Assembly (NCBI GenBank): GCA_046594885.1
Contig: JBKJRD010000014.1
Location: 9,901-73,900, forward strand
Length of the DNA stretch: 64,000 nucleotides
Direction of reading: 5' to 3'
From: Methylotenera sp.
GTDB taxonomy: Bacteria; Pseudomonadota; Gammaproteobacteria; Burkholderiales; Methylophilaceae
A program made the position numbers and the translations under genes. The notes below the pieces were generated by a model. It did not search any database and was not told where the DNA came from. It worked only from the letters and a program-made list of their open reading frames with translations. Shown piece after piece: positions 52,960-63,864 of this stretch (its first letter is position 1; the number at the start of each line of letters is the position of its first letter).

Positions 52960-54483
52960 ATGCTCGCTCAGCAACAAATTATCCATAATCGATACAGACA
53001 TTTTTTAAGAGCGACCATTCGATTTCTCACTTATTTTAGCGCATTGTTTCTGGTGAGCATTGCCAATTGGGTCACCTCTAACTTTGGCAAAGCCTCGTTA
53101 GAACAAGTGTTATATCACGCTCAGTTTGGCACAAACGGCTTAGTCGATACCGATATTGGTATCATCAAAAGTTTTGTCAATTTATGTTTGCTGTTGCCGT
53201 TGACTGCCTCTTTGCTCTTGGTTTTACTAGAATATTCTATCGCGCTGTATTTGGTGCACAGTGCAACGCATTGGTTGGCAAAGCCAATGCAAGTATTTAA
53301 TCAACGTAGCTTAAAAGTTTTTTACTGGTTTATCGGCCATCGCGCGCCTTTATATACCTTGATTGCCTGCTTTAGCTATTTTGCATTTCAATTTTCGATG
53401 CATACTTTTGTGCATAACCAATTTGGTCAAGACTACTTTGGCGAGCATTATGTGAACCCTAAAAGTGTTCATGTGCAAGCAATTAAGCCTAAAAACTTGG
53501 TGCTGATTTATGTAGAATCTTTAGAGGATACGTACAAAAACCCAGCATTATTTGGCAAAAATTTGCTGCAGCCATTAGATGATTTAAAAGGCACAAGCTT
53601 TAATGCGTTTAAGCAAGCGCCGGGTACGCATTGGACAATTGCTGGCATCACTTCAACACAGTGTGGTTTGCCGCTCAAGAATGTCAGTCTGTACGATGGC
53701 AATGATCAAGGCGAAAAAATTCAATCTTTTTTGCCTAATGCGATTTGCTTAGGTGATATTTTGCATGATGCTGGTTATTACAATGTCTATATGGGCGGCG
53801 ACGCGTTGGCTTTTTCAGGCAAGGGAAAATTTTTTCGCGACCATCACTACGATGAAATCTATGGAAAACAAGAGTTAAAACATGGCTTGAGCGATGATGA
53901 AATGAACGCTTGGGGCCTGTATGACGATGATTTGTTCGTGCAAGTTAAAGCCAAGCTCAAACAATTGCGCGCCAAATCGCAGCCGTTTAATTTAACTATT
54001 ACTACTATCGATACTCATGGCCCTGATGGGCATTTTTCAAACTATTGTAAAAGCCGTGGTGTAACTGAATTTAAAGGAATCGTTACCTGTACGGCGAATC
54101 AAGTGGCGAGCTTTGTGCAGTTTATGCAAAAAAACGGCTACCTGAAGAATACCAACGTGGTTATTTTGGGCGACCATTTAGCCATGTGGAACCCTTTACA
54201 CAAAGCGCTGGATAGTGCCAAACAGCGGCACATTTACAATCGATTCATTTCAATAACGCCCATAGACAAAAATCGTGAAAATATCCTGCATTTTGATTTA
54301 TTTCCCACTATTCTAGAATTGATCGGTTTTCAAGTAACAGGTGGCAAGTTGGGTTTAGGTTTTAGCGCGATTAACCAGCATATGGAATTGCCACCAGCCA
54401 GCATTTTGGATGATATGCATAAAGATTTGCTCAACCAATCGGCAACCTATTTAAATTTGTGGAAAGAAAATAGCGCAGAATAA
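52960..54483 (+). CDS. LTA synthase/sulfatase family protein, phosphoglycerol transferase OpgB(MdoB)-like
   Basis: N-terminal TMs; motifs NLVLIYVESLE, WTIAG (catalytic Thr), TIDTHGPDG and GDHLAM. Confidence 0.85.
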   Translation: MLAQQQIIHNRYRHFLRATIRFLTYFSALFLVSIANWVTSNFGKASLEQVLYHAQFGTNGLVDTDIGIIKSFVNLCLLLPLTASLLLVLLEYSIALYLVHSATHWLAKPMQVFNQRSLKVFYWFIGHRAPLYTLIACFSYFAFQFSMHTFVHNQFGQDYFGEHYVNPKSVHVQAIKPKNLVLIYVESLEDTYKNPALFGKNLLQPLDDLKGTSFNAFKQAPGTHWTIAGITSTQCGLPLKNVSLYDGNDQGEKIQSFLPNAICLGDILHDAGYYNVYMGGDALAFSGKGKFFRDHHYDEIYGKQELKHGLSDDEMNAWGLYDDDLFVQVKAKLKQLRAKSQPFNLTITTIDTHGPDGHFSNYCKSRGVTEFKGIVTCTANQVASFVQFMQKNGYLKNTNVVILGDHLAMWNPLHKALDSAKQRHIYNRFISITPIDKNRENILHFDLFPTILELIGFQVTGGKLGLGFSAINQHMELPPASILDDMHKDLLNQSATYLNLWKENSAE

Positions 54484-54558
54484 ACACTTAACCTATTTTT
54501 TTAGCCAATTTTTGGCGTACTTAAGGCTTAAAATTAGGCAAAAAACTCGCCTTAAAAT

Positions 54559-57165
54559 TTAAGCGTTTATCATCGGCTTTTGTTCAATGACATTGGCTAG
54601 TTCTGGATCGGACGTTTGCGCAAGCAACTGACAAATCAGCGCGCTTACATAAGGCAGTGATTGCAAAGCCAACAACGCCACCCAAAGTTGCGCATCAAAA
54701 TTTTGCATGCCTCTGGTCGCTATCATGGCAATCGCGCAAATAACCAAAGCAATCAGCAAGACGAACTCTTCCATGATGGCACTTAAAATGGCAGGTTTTT
54801 GAGTGGTTAACTTACCTTTTGTGGTGACTTTAAACACACCATTTTTTTGAATAATGCCCATAATAATGCCGCGTGCAATAGCGTGAGATAAACCTAAACT
54901 TGCTAATGAAGCACCAAAAATATCTTTCCATGCGCAGTGCATGGTTTTGCGATACAAAATAGGGCCAAGCGCAGCCTTGATGAATAGAAAAGCTACAATC
55001 GGCGCAATCATGATACTCACGGGCAGAGAGAAATCTTTAGGAAAGGCAATCATGGCAATGCTCCAGCCAATAGAGCCGATGGTGAAAATAAGTTGTAGCG
55101 CATCGCCCAGCCAAGCAAACCAGCCGGTTAAAAAGTGGTAGCGCTGCCCAAAACTTAAAGTGGATTTACCGAGCAATTTGGGCATGTGATGTTTTAAAAT
55201 CTGCATCGCGCCAAACGCCCAGCGTGAACGCTGCGATTTTAGCGCCTTAAAATCAGAAGGTGTTAAGCCGCGCCCAAAAGTATCATCAATATAGCGCAGC
55301 TCGTAACCGTTTTCTAACAGCCTTAGCCCCAATTCCGTATCTTCGCAAATACACCATTCTGACCACGAGCCGCTGTTCAATAACGCTTCGCGCCGAATCA
55401 GTGTCATGGTGCCATGTTGAATCAAAGCATTGCGTTCGTGCCGGTGATGCATGCCGATGCGAAAAAATCCTTCAAACTCCCAATTGCTCATGCGTCTAAA
55501 AAAGTTATTTTCCCATTCGCGATGTGCTTGTGGCGCTTGCACCACCGCCACTTTTGGTTCGCTAAAATGCGGTACTAAATCAGAAAGCCAATCGGGCGTC
55601 ACAATATAATCCGCATCGACTACACCAATTACTGCTGCTTGCGGATGGGTTTTGCTCAAAGCAAAATTTAAAGCACCCGCTTTGAATCCAGGCCATTGCG
55701 GTAAGTGATAAAAGTGAAAATGGCTTGGCAAAGTCGCCATAAAAGCTTCAATCGGTTTCCACTTGGCTGCATCTTTAGTATTGTTATCCACCACAATCAC
55801 TTCGAAATGGGTGTAGTTTAATTGCAGAAAGCTTTGAATGGTTTCAATCACCATTTCGGGTGGCTCGTTGTAACAAGCCAGATGAATCGACACCAATAAT
55901 TCTGCATTGCTGGGCAATGGTTTAGCGCGTTGATACACGCGCCAGCCGCGTTTTTTAAACATCACTTCGCTAAACTCAACGCCATAAATCATCAAAACAG
56001 CCGAGGTTAAAAACATGCCGATGATGAGCGCGATTAAAACGCTGAAATCTCTGATGGAATAATAATAATCGCCAGGTAGATTCCAAGCGACCACTAAAAT
56101 AGTGACGCAAGCTTGCAATAAAATGGCGAGCGAAATTCTGCCACCTAAACCCCAGTTTCTAAAACGATAGGCAATAAATAAAATGGGGAAAAAAGCGATA
56201 CAACTCGCCCATAGTGCTTTGTTAATCCAGCGCACATCTTTTGGTACCGCACCTTGCAGAGAATATTTTAATGTGCGATCTGCTGAAAACATGCCCCAAT
56301 AAGCGCCAGCCCAACCTTCAATGTTTTTCTTCCAAGGCTGGTCAAAAGCTTCCATTAAAAAATAGTCATAATTTTTATAAGCGGTTTTTGCAAGAAACTC
56401 TCTCACAAATTGTGCTTGATTGATTTTGGATGGAATAGAGGCGCCAATCGCAGGGCCTTCGCTGGGCCAACCTACTTCGGAAATCACAATTTTTTTTCGT
56501 GGAAATGCAGCCATTAATTCCTTATATTTGGCTAACGAATAATCCACCGCTTGATCAACGGGCAAGCCTTCGTGATACGGCAATAAATGTACCGCAATAT
56601 AATCGACATGCTGGACTAACTCGGGGTTTTTTAGCCAAATATGCCAAGGCTCAGCAGTAGAAATAGGCGTTGCGGTTGCCAGACGAACAGCATCCAGATA
56701 GGCATACAAATCCGCTTTTGGCATGTCGTTGCGCAGTAAGACTTCGTTACCCACAATGGCACGCTCAATGCTGGAATAAAATAGTAACTGCGCTTTCAAC
56801 GCATTGATTTCGCGCGTGTTTGATGTTTTATCTGCGCCTAGCCAAGCGCCTGCGGTTATGTCAAAACCTAATTTTGCTGCAAGAGGCGTCGTTTCGCTGT
56901 TATCTAATGCGCTGTAAATGCGTATTCGGCTAGTTAACGGCTTCATTAAGCGTAAATCTGCCGATAACTCAGCGGTGCTGGGGAAGTTTCTCTCAAGCGG
57001 GCTTTGCTTTTCCTGAAAGCCGCTATAGGCAAAGCCGCTGACGATGCCAGGTGCGTTGATTAACGGTAATGTACGATTCAATATCGCCCAGGCGCTAAAG
57101 TGAATTAAGCTGACCACCAATGTAAAAAATAAAGGCGTAATCCAGTTTTTTTTGAATAAAATCAT
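54559..57165 (-). CDS. GH17-GT2 fusion, NdvB-like beta-(1,3)-glucan synthase
   Basis: GH17 motifs VGNEVLLR and ISEVGWPS; GT2 motifs DNN, VDAD, CEDTELG and QRSRW; flanking TM helices. Confidence 0.88.
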   Translation of the reverse strand: MILFKKNWITPLFFTLVVSLIHFSAWAILNRTLPLINAPGIVSGFAYSGFQEKQSPLERNFPSTAELSADLRLMKPLTSRIRIYSALDNSETTPLAAKLGFDITAGAWLGADKTSNTREINALKAQLLFYSSIERAIVGNEVLLRNDMPKADLYAYLDAVRLATATPISTAEPWHIWLKNPELVQHVDYIAVHLLPYHEGLPVDQAVDYSLAKYKELMAAFPRKKIVISEVGWPSEGPAIGASIPSKINQAQFVREFLAKTAYKNYDYFLMEAFDQPWKKNIEGWAGAYWGMFSADRTLKYSLQGAVPKDVRWINKALWASCIAFFPILFIAYRFRNWGLGGRISLAILLQACVTILVVAWNLPGDYYYSIRDFSVLIALIIGMFLTSAVLMIYGVEFSEVMFKKRGWRVYQRAKPLPSNAELLVSIHLACYNEPPEMVIETIQSFLQLNYTHFEVIVVDNNTKDAAKWKPIEAFMATLPSHFHFYHLPQWPGFKAGALNFALSKTHPQAAVIGVVDADYIVTPDWLSDLVPHFSEPKVAVVQAPQAHREWENNFFRRMSNWEFEGFFRIGMHHRHERNALIQHGTMTLIRREALLNSGSWSEWCICEDTELGLRLLENGYELRYIDDTFGRGLTPSDFKALKSQRSRWAFGAMQILKHHMPKLLGKSTLSFGQRYHFLTGWFAWLGDALQLIFTIGSIGWSIAMIAFPKDFSLPVSIMIAPIVAFLFIKAALGPILYRKTMHCAWKDIFGASLASLGLSHAIARGIIMGIIQKNGVFKVTTKGKLTTQKPAILSAIMEEFVLLIALVICAIAMIATRGMQNFDAQLWVALLALQSLPYVSALICQLLAQTSDPELANVIEQKPMINA

Positions 57166-57324
57166 TGAATCAATCAGATGCTATTGGATATCAGCAAAAA
57201 AACTGTAGTGAGAACCGTGTAGTTATGCATAAAGTTGGTGTTTTTTTAGTGTTAAGTAAAAGAGTTGTTTTTAAAATTTCAAGCATCAAATGACAGGCGC
57301 TAGGTTACAATTTGGGTTAATTAA

Positions 57325-57825
57325 ATGTTAGAAATGAATATGCATAAAAGATTTTTAGTTGGGATTACAATTTTTGCAATACATGCTTTATTCTCGATTA
57401 ACGCGCTAGCTGCGCCCAAAAAATTTACTGGTATCAATTATAGTGGAGTCTACGCATGCAAAGGGAGTAATGTAAAAATTGGTAGCTACGAATTAGTGGT
57501 TACATTCACCATGAATAAGGCGAACAGCCGTGGCAAGATTGGCAGTTACGATCTCACCATAGAGACTGAAAACGCCACTCAATATAACGGTCGGGCAATT
57601 GCCAACGGTAAAGATTTGGCTATGACCATTGCAATTGTGGATGGCGATACCCTGACTTACAGCACAGGTATTGCCATCATGCAGCCGGTCAATTCCAAGC
57701 GTTTTAGCTATGTGAATCAGTATTACGAATCTAAACAAACAACGCTTACCTCGGATAACACAGACGCTGGTAATTACGGTTTTGAGCGTTGCATGATGTT
57801 AAAGCCAAAAGTTAAGCAAAATTGA
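57325..57825 (+). CDS. Hypothetical exported protein
   Basis: Signal peptide; beta-rich body; YSGVYACKG. Confidence 0.65.
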   Translation: MLEMNMHKRFLVGITIFAIHALFSINALAAPKKFTGINYSGVYACKGSNVKIGSYELVVTFTMNKANSRGKIGSYDLTIETENATQYNGRAIANGKDLAMTIAIVDGDTLTYSTGIAIMQPVNSKRFSYVNQYYESKQTTLTSDNTDAGNYGFERCMMLKPKVKQN

Positions 57826-57904
57826 GTGTTAAGTTTGCACTATTGAGCCAGCTTATGTCGAAGGGTTACTTTTTGAGCATGGTTAAATCTGTTCAGTCTG
57901 CATG

Positions 57905-58822
57905 TTAATTAGCGCTAGCGCTTGTAGCAGGTTTGATCGCAGAAAGTTGGCTAAATTGCACAATATAATTCTCTAGCCAATTTTGAGCGTGCTGCTTTTG
58001 TTTGCTGTCCGTGCTGGCATGCAGCTCAGCAATGGTATTGCAAATATTTTGCTTATGCTGGTCAGCATAACGTTGATAATCTGCATTTGGGCTATTAGTT
58101 AAGCGCTCAAAACCCGCCTTAATCAATTGCGATTTATCTTCAAAACTAAGCTCGGCACTGGATGATGGACTTTGCAATAGGCCAATAATGTGTTTGGCAT
58201 CGTTGTGTCGTCTTAATATTTCAGCATAGCTTAATGCTGGCTTAAATGGAATTTCATTCAGTTTTAGCTTGAGCATATCTAGTTGAGATTGATTTAGCCT
58301 GCCATAGATTTTTTCAGCATAATCTTGCATTTTCTCAAGCCTAACCGCCAATTGTTCTTGCGGCGAATCTTGCCACCAATCATCTTTCCAATCATTAGCA
58401 CGATCATCTAATTTGTGTTCAAAATATTGCAATTGTTGATTGCTTAATAAAGGCGCCATTTCAATCATCGTCGGGATGGATTCTATGCGAATCTGATTAA
58501 AACTTGCGCTTAATTCATCTAGCTTTTCACAAACTAAACTAGGCGTTATTTGCGGCTGGCTCAGGCTATTTTGTATGTCTTGTAGCTGCATAACATAAGT
58601 AGGCAATTGCTGTTGACGATGCCAATCATGTAAGCGATGTAAGGCAGGATTTAACGCTGCTTTTTGGGCGCGCGTAAAATCGAAGTAATGATCTAACCAC
58701 CAACTTAACGCTTGCGGCGCATTGTTATAGGCGGTTTTAACCAGCGCACAGCTATTGATTGAGCAGGCCAGCAACAGCACAAAAACCAGTTGAATATAAC
58801 GCATATGTTTACGACCCGACAT
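57905..58822 (-). CDS. Lipoprotein, DUF6279-like
   Basis: Lipobox-like INSC; AYNNAPQALSWWLDHYFDF...HDWHR. Confidence 0.7.
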   Translation of the reverse strand: MSGRKHMRYIQLVFVLLLACSINSCALVKTAYNNAPQALSWWLDHYFDFTRAQKAALNPALHRLHDWHRQQQLPTYVMQLQDIQNSLSQPQITPSLVCEKLDELSASFNQIRIESIPTMIEMAPLLSNQQLQYFEHKLDDRANDWKDDWWQDSPQEQLAVRLEKMQDYAEKIYGRLNQSQLDMLKLKLNEIPFKPALSYAEILRRHNDAKHIIGLLQSPSSSAELSFEDKSQLIKAGFERLTNSPNADYQRYADQHKQNICNTIAELHASTDSKQKQHAQNWLENYIVQFSQLSAIKPATSASAN

Positions 58823-59045
58823 TGTTTAGCTAGTTTAACTGAGTCTAGTTTAATTCAATCTAGCTGAATTAAGCTTAGTTTGAATACATGCAATGTAAAG
58901 CAAGCCAATAATGACACTTTGCATCAAAAAAAGTTATCAATATGCAGCCATTTAAAGGGTTAAGTCGCTTGCATTAAACGTACTTGAGTTTAGTTTTGCT
59001 AAACTATTGCGCGCGATAAGGTTAATATAAGGCCTGTCTATTCTG

Positions 59046-61316
59046 TTGTGTTTTGGGTGTATTAAAAAAATGAGCAATAAAATAATGACGCAGTTTTATT
59101 CGGGTGAATCCGAAAAAGAAATGGCCAGGCTTTCTGCGTTAAGACGTTATAACCTGTTAGATGCGCAGCCTAATATTTCGCTAGATATGCTAACAAAATT
59201 AGCTGCTAATATGATCGGCACACCAATTGCGCTGATGGATTTGGTAGATGAAAACCGTGTCTGGTCGAAATCGCATTTTGGTACCGAAGTCACCGAATAT
59301 GGCATCAATCTGGGATTTTGTTCATCGCTTATTTTGGGTGATGCGCCTTATATCATTGAAGATGCAAAGTCTGATCCGCGCACGGCTGATCACCCTTTGG
59401 TGATAGAAAGCGGCGTTAGGTTTTATGCAAGCGTGCCACTTAAAACGCATGATGATTTCAATATTGGCACCTTATGTGTGATTGGCTTTGAACCACGCAC
59501 TATTTCGGATGCTGAAATACACATGCTGCAAGCGTTAGCGGTGATTGCCATGGAAACCCTTGAGTTTTTAGCTAAAGACAACCGTACTCATGATATTTTG
59601 GATATTGAACAGAAGTTTAAGTTAAAAGAATTGCAAAACCAGCTGATTTTAAATTCAACCATTGAAGGCATTCATGTGATTGATTTAAATGGCGTTATTG
59701 TAGTAGAAAATTCAGCTGCGGTTAAATTGCTGGGCAGAGAGCAGGGCGATTTACTGGGTCGACATGCGCATCAAACATTGCATCATCATCATGCAGATCA
59801 ATCCGAGTACCCAGTGTCAGATTGCCCAATTTATAAAACATTAAGTGATGCTCAACCACGCAACGTAACAAGTGAGGTGTTTTGGCGAAAAGATGGTAGT
59901 AGCTTTCCTGTTGAATATAGTACCTCGCCTTTGATGGATTTGAATGGCGAATTAAGTGGCGTTACGGTGGTTTTTAGGGATATTACCGATAGAAAAGCGA
60001 ACGAAGCTAAAATTCAATATTTGGCCTATTTTGATGCGTTAACTCATCTGCCCAACCGCTCTTTATTTTTAGATAGACTTGATCAGGCCATTAAAAAATC
60101 GCGACGCAATCATACGCATCTGGCATTAATTTATATTGATTTAGATCGCTTTAAAGAAATTAATGACACATTGGGACACGATGTGGGCGATCGGCTTTTG
60201 CAACAAGCGGCAAATCGCCTGCAAGCTTGTGTGAGAACTAGCGATACAGTTGCCAGATTGGGCGGAGATGAATTTACCATCACAGTGGGCGATTTAAGTG
60301 AACCAGGATTAGAAAAACAGATTGTGCAGAAAATACTCATCGCATTAGCCGAACCATTTGTGCTAAATAACGAAGCGCTTTATTTATCGGCCAGCATTGG
60401 CGTTACTGTGTATCCAAATGATGCGTTAACGGGTGAGGATCTGCTTAAAAACGCCGATCAATCGATGTATGCCGCCAAAAAAGCGGGCCGCAATCGCTAT
60501 CACTATTTTACCCAATCGATGCAAGAGCAAGCCGATACGCGTTTGCGCCTGATCACTGATTTGCACGATGCCATCAAAAATAAAGCATTTTTTCTGATGT
60601 ATCAGCCAATTATGCATCTCGCAACAGGTGCCATTAATAAAGCAGAGGCATTGATTAGATGGCAACATCCCAAAAAAGGCATTATCAGCCCGTTAGAATT
60701 TATTCCAGTGGCAGAAGAGGTTGGTTTGATTAACGAGATTGGGCAGTGGGTATTTGAAGAATCGGTGCGGCAAGTAAAAAGCCTGCAAGCATTAACCCTG
60801 CAACCGTTTCAAATGAGTGTGAACAAGTCACCCGTACAATTTGGCGCAGCTGATTACGTTAACGCTGGCTGGATTAACCATTTAAAATCGCAAGGTTTAG
60901 CAGGCGAAAATATTTGTATAGAAATTACTGAAGGCCTGCTTTTAGATACTTCAAAAGGCATAAAACAAAAATTACTGTCTTTTCAGGCAGACGGTATTCA
61001 AATTGCTTTAGATGATTTCGGCACAGGCTACTCTTCGCTGTCGTATTTAAACCAGTACGCAATTGACTATATTAAAATAGACCGCTCGTTTGTGTGTAAT
61101 TTAGCGGCAGGATCAAGTGATTATGCGCTGTGCGAGGCGATGATTGCAATGGCGCATAAATTAAATATCAAAGTCATTGCAGAGGGAATCGAAACCGAAT
61201 CTCAATTAAGGTTATTAACCGAGGCAGGTTGTGATTATGGTCAGGGTTACTATTTATCGAAACCTTTAAACCAAAAAGACTTTCAGTTATTTCTCGCTGA
61301 AAGGCAAAAATTATAA
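59046..61316 (+). CDS. GAF-PAS-GGDEF-EAL c-di-GMP signalling protein
   Basis: GAF (RFYASVPL, IGTLCV); PAS (FWRKDGSSFPVEY); intact GGDEF; EAL; DDFGTGYSSL. True start may be about 59070. Confidence 0.93.
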   Translation: MCFGCIKKMSNKIMTQFYSGESEKEMARLSALRRYNLLDAQPNISLDMLTKLAANMIGTPIALMDLVDENRVWSKSHFGTEVTEYGINLGFCSSLILGDAPYIIEDAKSDPRTADHPLVIESGVRFYASVPLKTHDDFNIGTLCVIGFEPRTISDAEIHMLQALAVIAMETLEFLAKDNRTHDILDIEQKFKLKELQNQLILNSTIEGIHVIDLNGVIVVENSAAVKLLGREQGDLLGRHAHQTLHHHHADQSEYPVSDCPIYKTLSDAQPRNVTSEVFWRKDGSSFPVEYSTSPLMDLNGELSGVTVVFRDITDRKANEAKIQYLAYFDALTHLPNRSLFLDRLDQAIKKSRRNHTHLALIYIDLDRFKEINDTLGHDVGDRLLQQAANRLQACVRTSDTVARLGGDEFTITVGDLSEPGLEKQIVQKILIALAEPFVLNNEALYLSASIGVTVYPNDALTGEDLLKNADQSMYAAKKAGRNRYHYFTQSMQEQADTRLRLITDLHDAIKNKAFFLMYQPIMHLATGAINKAEALIRWQHPKKGIISPLEFIPVAEEVGLINEIGQWVFEESVRQVKSLQALTLQPFQMSVNKSPVQFGAADYVNAGWINHLKSQGLAGENICIEITEGLLLDTSKGIKQKLLSFQADGIQIALDDFGTGYSSLSYLNQYAIDYIKIDRSFVCNLAAGSSDYALCEAMIAMAHKLNIKVIAEGIETESQLRLLTEAGCDYGQGYYLSKPLNQKDFQLFLAERQKL

Positions 61317-61351
61317 TGTTGCCTGAATTACGACTTTTAATTAGCTGTAGT

Positions 61352-61465
61352 TTAGCAATTGCCTTTTTTTGCTTGCCCTGGCGGGCAGTGATGGCCAAAA
61401 TGATGGCAACCAGTCAATGCAAAAACGATCAAAAGTAAAACTAGAATTGATATTTTTTTCATCAT
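61352..61465 (-). CDS. 37-aa lipoprotein with a His/Cys-rich CPPGQAKKGNC tail, not in the ORF track
   Basis: Translated by hand: MMKKISILVLLLIVFALTGCHHFGHHCPPGQAKKGNC*; lipobox LTGC. Confidence 0.8.
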   Translation of the reverse strand: MMKKISILVLLLIVFALTGCHHFGHHCPPGQAKKGNC

Positions 61466-61613
61466 TATAGTTTATCATTAGTTTAAGGCAAAGTTATATT
61501 AAATTTGGCATTAAATAATTCAATAATGATATAAAAATATGTCTTCTAACGTATTTAAATCATATAAAATTTAGTGGTAAATACTTACGTTCCGTTAAAA
61601 CAGGAAAACAATT

Positions 61614-62777
61614 GTGGAAACCTCTGTGGATAGCAATTTAAATACCATCAACACGGAGTTAGAAAACAATGTTTTGCCCAGCAACGATGCATTACAGGTC
61701 AGGAATGTTGCTTTGGTTATTATCTCAACCATTCTAGTCATTTATGCATTGCAGTGGGCTCAAAGTTTTATCATCACAATGTTGCTGGGTGTGCTTCTAG
61801 CCTATGCATTAAATCCACTTGTATTACATCTCGAAAATATAAAAGTTAACCGAGTAATTGGTTCAACAATTGTTATTCTGGCGTTGATCGCTAGTATAGC
61901 TTTCTCTGCCTATGCATTGCGTGGGCAAGTGCAATCAATTATCTCAAGTTTGCCAGAAGCTGCAACCAAACTCACCTCTTCATTTATCAGTAAGCGTGGC
62001 CAACCATTAACCAATATGCAAAAAATGCAGATGGCTGCAACTCAGGTCGAATCTGCTGCTAGTTCAGCCGAAGAAAATATACCGACTAAAAAGAAACCCA
62101 CTATGCGAGTCATTGTTGAGGAACCTAAATTTAATATCAGTGATTTTCTTTGGCGTGGATATTTAGGCGTATTTGGCTTTTTAGCGGAAACAATTACGAT
62201 GATATTTCTTGCGTATTTTCTGCTCCTGTCAGGAAATATATTCAAACGTAAATTAGTCAATATTACTGCGCCAACATTAACGCGTAAAAAAATTACGGTC
62301 AACATATTGGATGATATTGGTATATCAATTCAACGCTATTTAATGATGTTGGTCATCACCAATGTTATCGTTGGTATAGTTTCCTGGATAGCGTATAGAT
62401 TGATCGGTTTAGAAAATGCAGGCGCTTGGGGATTTTTTTCAGGCTTCATGCATATTATTCCCTATTTTGGGCCAGTTGCGACTGCAGCTGTAACTGGTAT
62501 GGCGGCTTACATGCAATTCAATTCAATTTTCATGGCGCTAATGGTTGCAGGTGCATCCATATTAATTTCGACTATTATTGGGGTATTTGTCACAACCTGG
62601 ATGACTGGTCGTATTGCGAAAATGAATTCAGCAGCAGTTTTTATATCGCTCATCTTTTTTTCATGGTTATGGGGACTCTGGGGCATGTTGCTTGGAATAC
62701 CTGTCATCTTCATTTTAAAAGTAGTATGCGAACGAATTGATCATTTGCAACCGATAGCCGAACTACTAGGTGAATGA
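61614..62777 (+). CDS. AI-2E family (PerM-like) transporter
   Basis: Motifs LAYALNPLV, FMHIIPYFGP and WLWGLWGMLLGIP. Confidence 0.9.
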   Translation: METSVDSNLNTINTELENNVLPSNDALQVRNVALVIISTILVIYALQWAQSFIITMLLGVLLAYALNPLVLHLENIKVNRVIGSTIVILALIASIAFSAYALRGQVQSIISSLPEAATKLTSSFISKRGQPLTNMQKMQMAATQVESAASSAEENIPTKKKPTMRVIVEEPKFNISDFLWRGYLGVFGFLAETITMIFLAYFLLLSGNIFKRKLVNITAPTLTRKKITVNILDDIGISIQRYLMMLVITNVIVGIVSWIAYRLIGLENAGAWGFFSGFMHIIPYFGPVATAAVTGMAAYMQFNSIFMALMVAGASILISTIIGVFVTTWMTGRIAKMNSAAVFISLIFFSWLWGLWGMLLGIPVIFILKVVCERIDHLQPIAELLGE

Positions 62778-63120
62778 GGTTAACAAGATGATGCTAATTT
62801 TCGCAATTTTTGCTGTTAGACTTAACGTTGAAAAGACACGAATAACTGATGTGATGTGTTAAGAGCTCCTTGCCTATCAGTCAATTAAATAAAATCCTAC
62901 CGAGGCTAATATATAACAAGTATCAGAAACATTAGCTGTTGAAAATAAGGTGCACTTATTATTGTAATATGAGCTTGCTGAGTGGGTTAAACCTTATGAA
63001 ATGTTAAAGCTGCGTATGTTGGATAATTTGCGATGTCAGCCTAAGTTTGATAAAAGGCATGGTATTTTATAAGCAATAGGCCACTTTGGTAAGTGGCCCT
63101 ATTTAACTCAAGTACAAAAA

Positions 63121-63633
63121 CTATCCGTAGATATGTTGACCATTGTTAGAGGTCCAATCACTTTTGAATCTATCTCTGTCTTCATCCGTTTTAGAGTTAA
63201 CACCAATCACTATTCCACCATCTTTTAAGCCAGTTTCATATTCTTTCAAAGTGTCTTCTGGGATGGCCCATCCAACTAAAGCACCAATTAAACCAGCACT
63301 CACGCCTCCAGCCCCAGCACCTGCAATAGCTGCTGCAACAGGGCCAGCAACAACTAGGCCTAATCCAGGTAACACCAATACAGTACCTACCGCTGCAACG
63401 GCCGCCGCAATAGCACCCACTGTTGCACCAATTGCACCGCCAATCGCTGCGCCCTCAGCTGATTTGTTACCAACTTCAGTCTCAAGCGTTGTATTTTTGC
63501 CATAATAGCGCTCACGTGTTTCTTCACTCATAATGACATCGATGTCGTTCCTACTATATCCTGAATCTAGGGCTGATTTATAAGCGCGCTCCGCACTATC
63601 TTGATCATTAAACAAACCTGTTACTGTAGCCAT
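63121..63633 (-). CDS. General-stress-protein-like membrane protein with a Gly/Ala-rich helical hairpin
   Basis: MATVTGLF...AERAY, GAAIGGAIG, LVVAGPVAAAIAGAGAGG and YETGLKDGGIVIGV. Confidence 0.75.
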   Translation of the reverse strand: MATVTGLFNDQDSAERAYKSALDSGYSRNDIDVIMSEETRERYYGKNTTLETEVGNKSAEGAAIGGAIGATVGAIAAAVAAVGTVLVLPGLGLVVAGPVAAAIAGAGAGGVSAGLIGALVGWAIPEDTLKEYETGLKDGGIVIGVNSKTDEDRDRFKSDWTSNNGQHIYG

Positions 63634-63864
63634 AATTTTTTCCCTTAAATATTTTATACAGGAAAATCCTGTTAACTCAATATTAAGATAATCTTTGATT
63701 GTGAAATGTGAGTTGAATGCGCATAATGTTGTAGGAATTGGCTTAGCAATCTGCGCTTCAAATTATCGAAAGCTGCTAAGCAATCGTATGCATAACCATC
63801 TTTAATCAATTTTTAATCTAAATGTTTTATCTAAAGCCAGATTAATCACTATGAAAATGAATAA

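Noticed and set aside
61540-61605. Partial half-sites (CGTATT, TTACG...CGTT) upstream of the AI-2E gene as a sixth regulon site
   Set aside because: There is no full palindrome with 4-nt spacing and no correctly spaced -10 hexamer.
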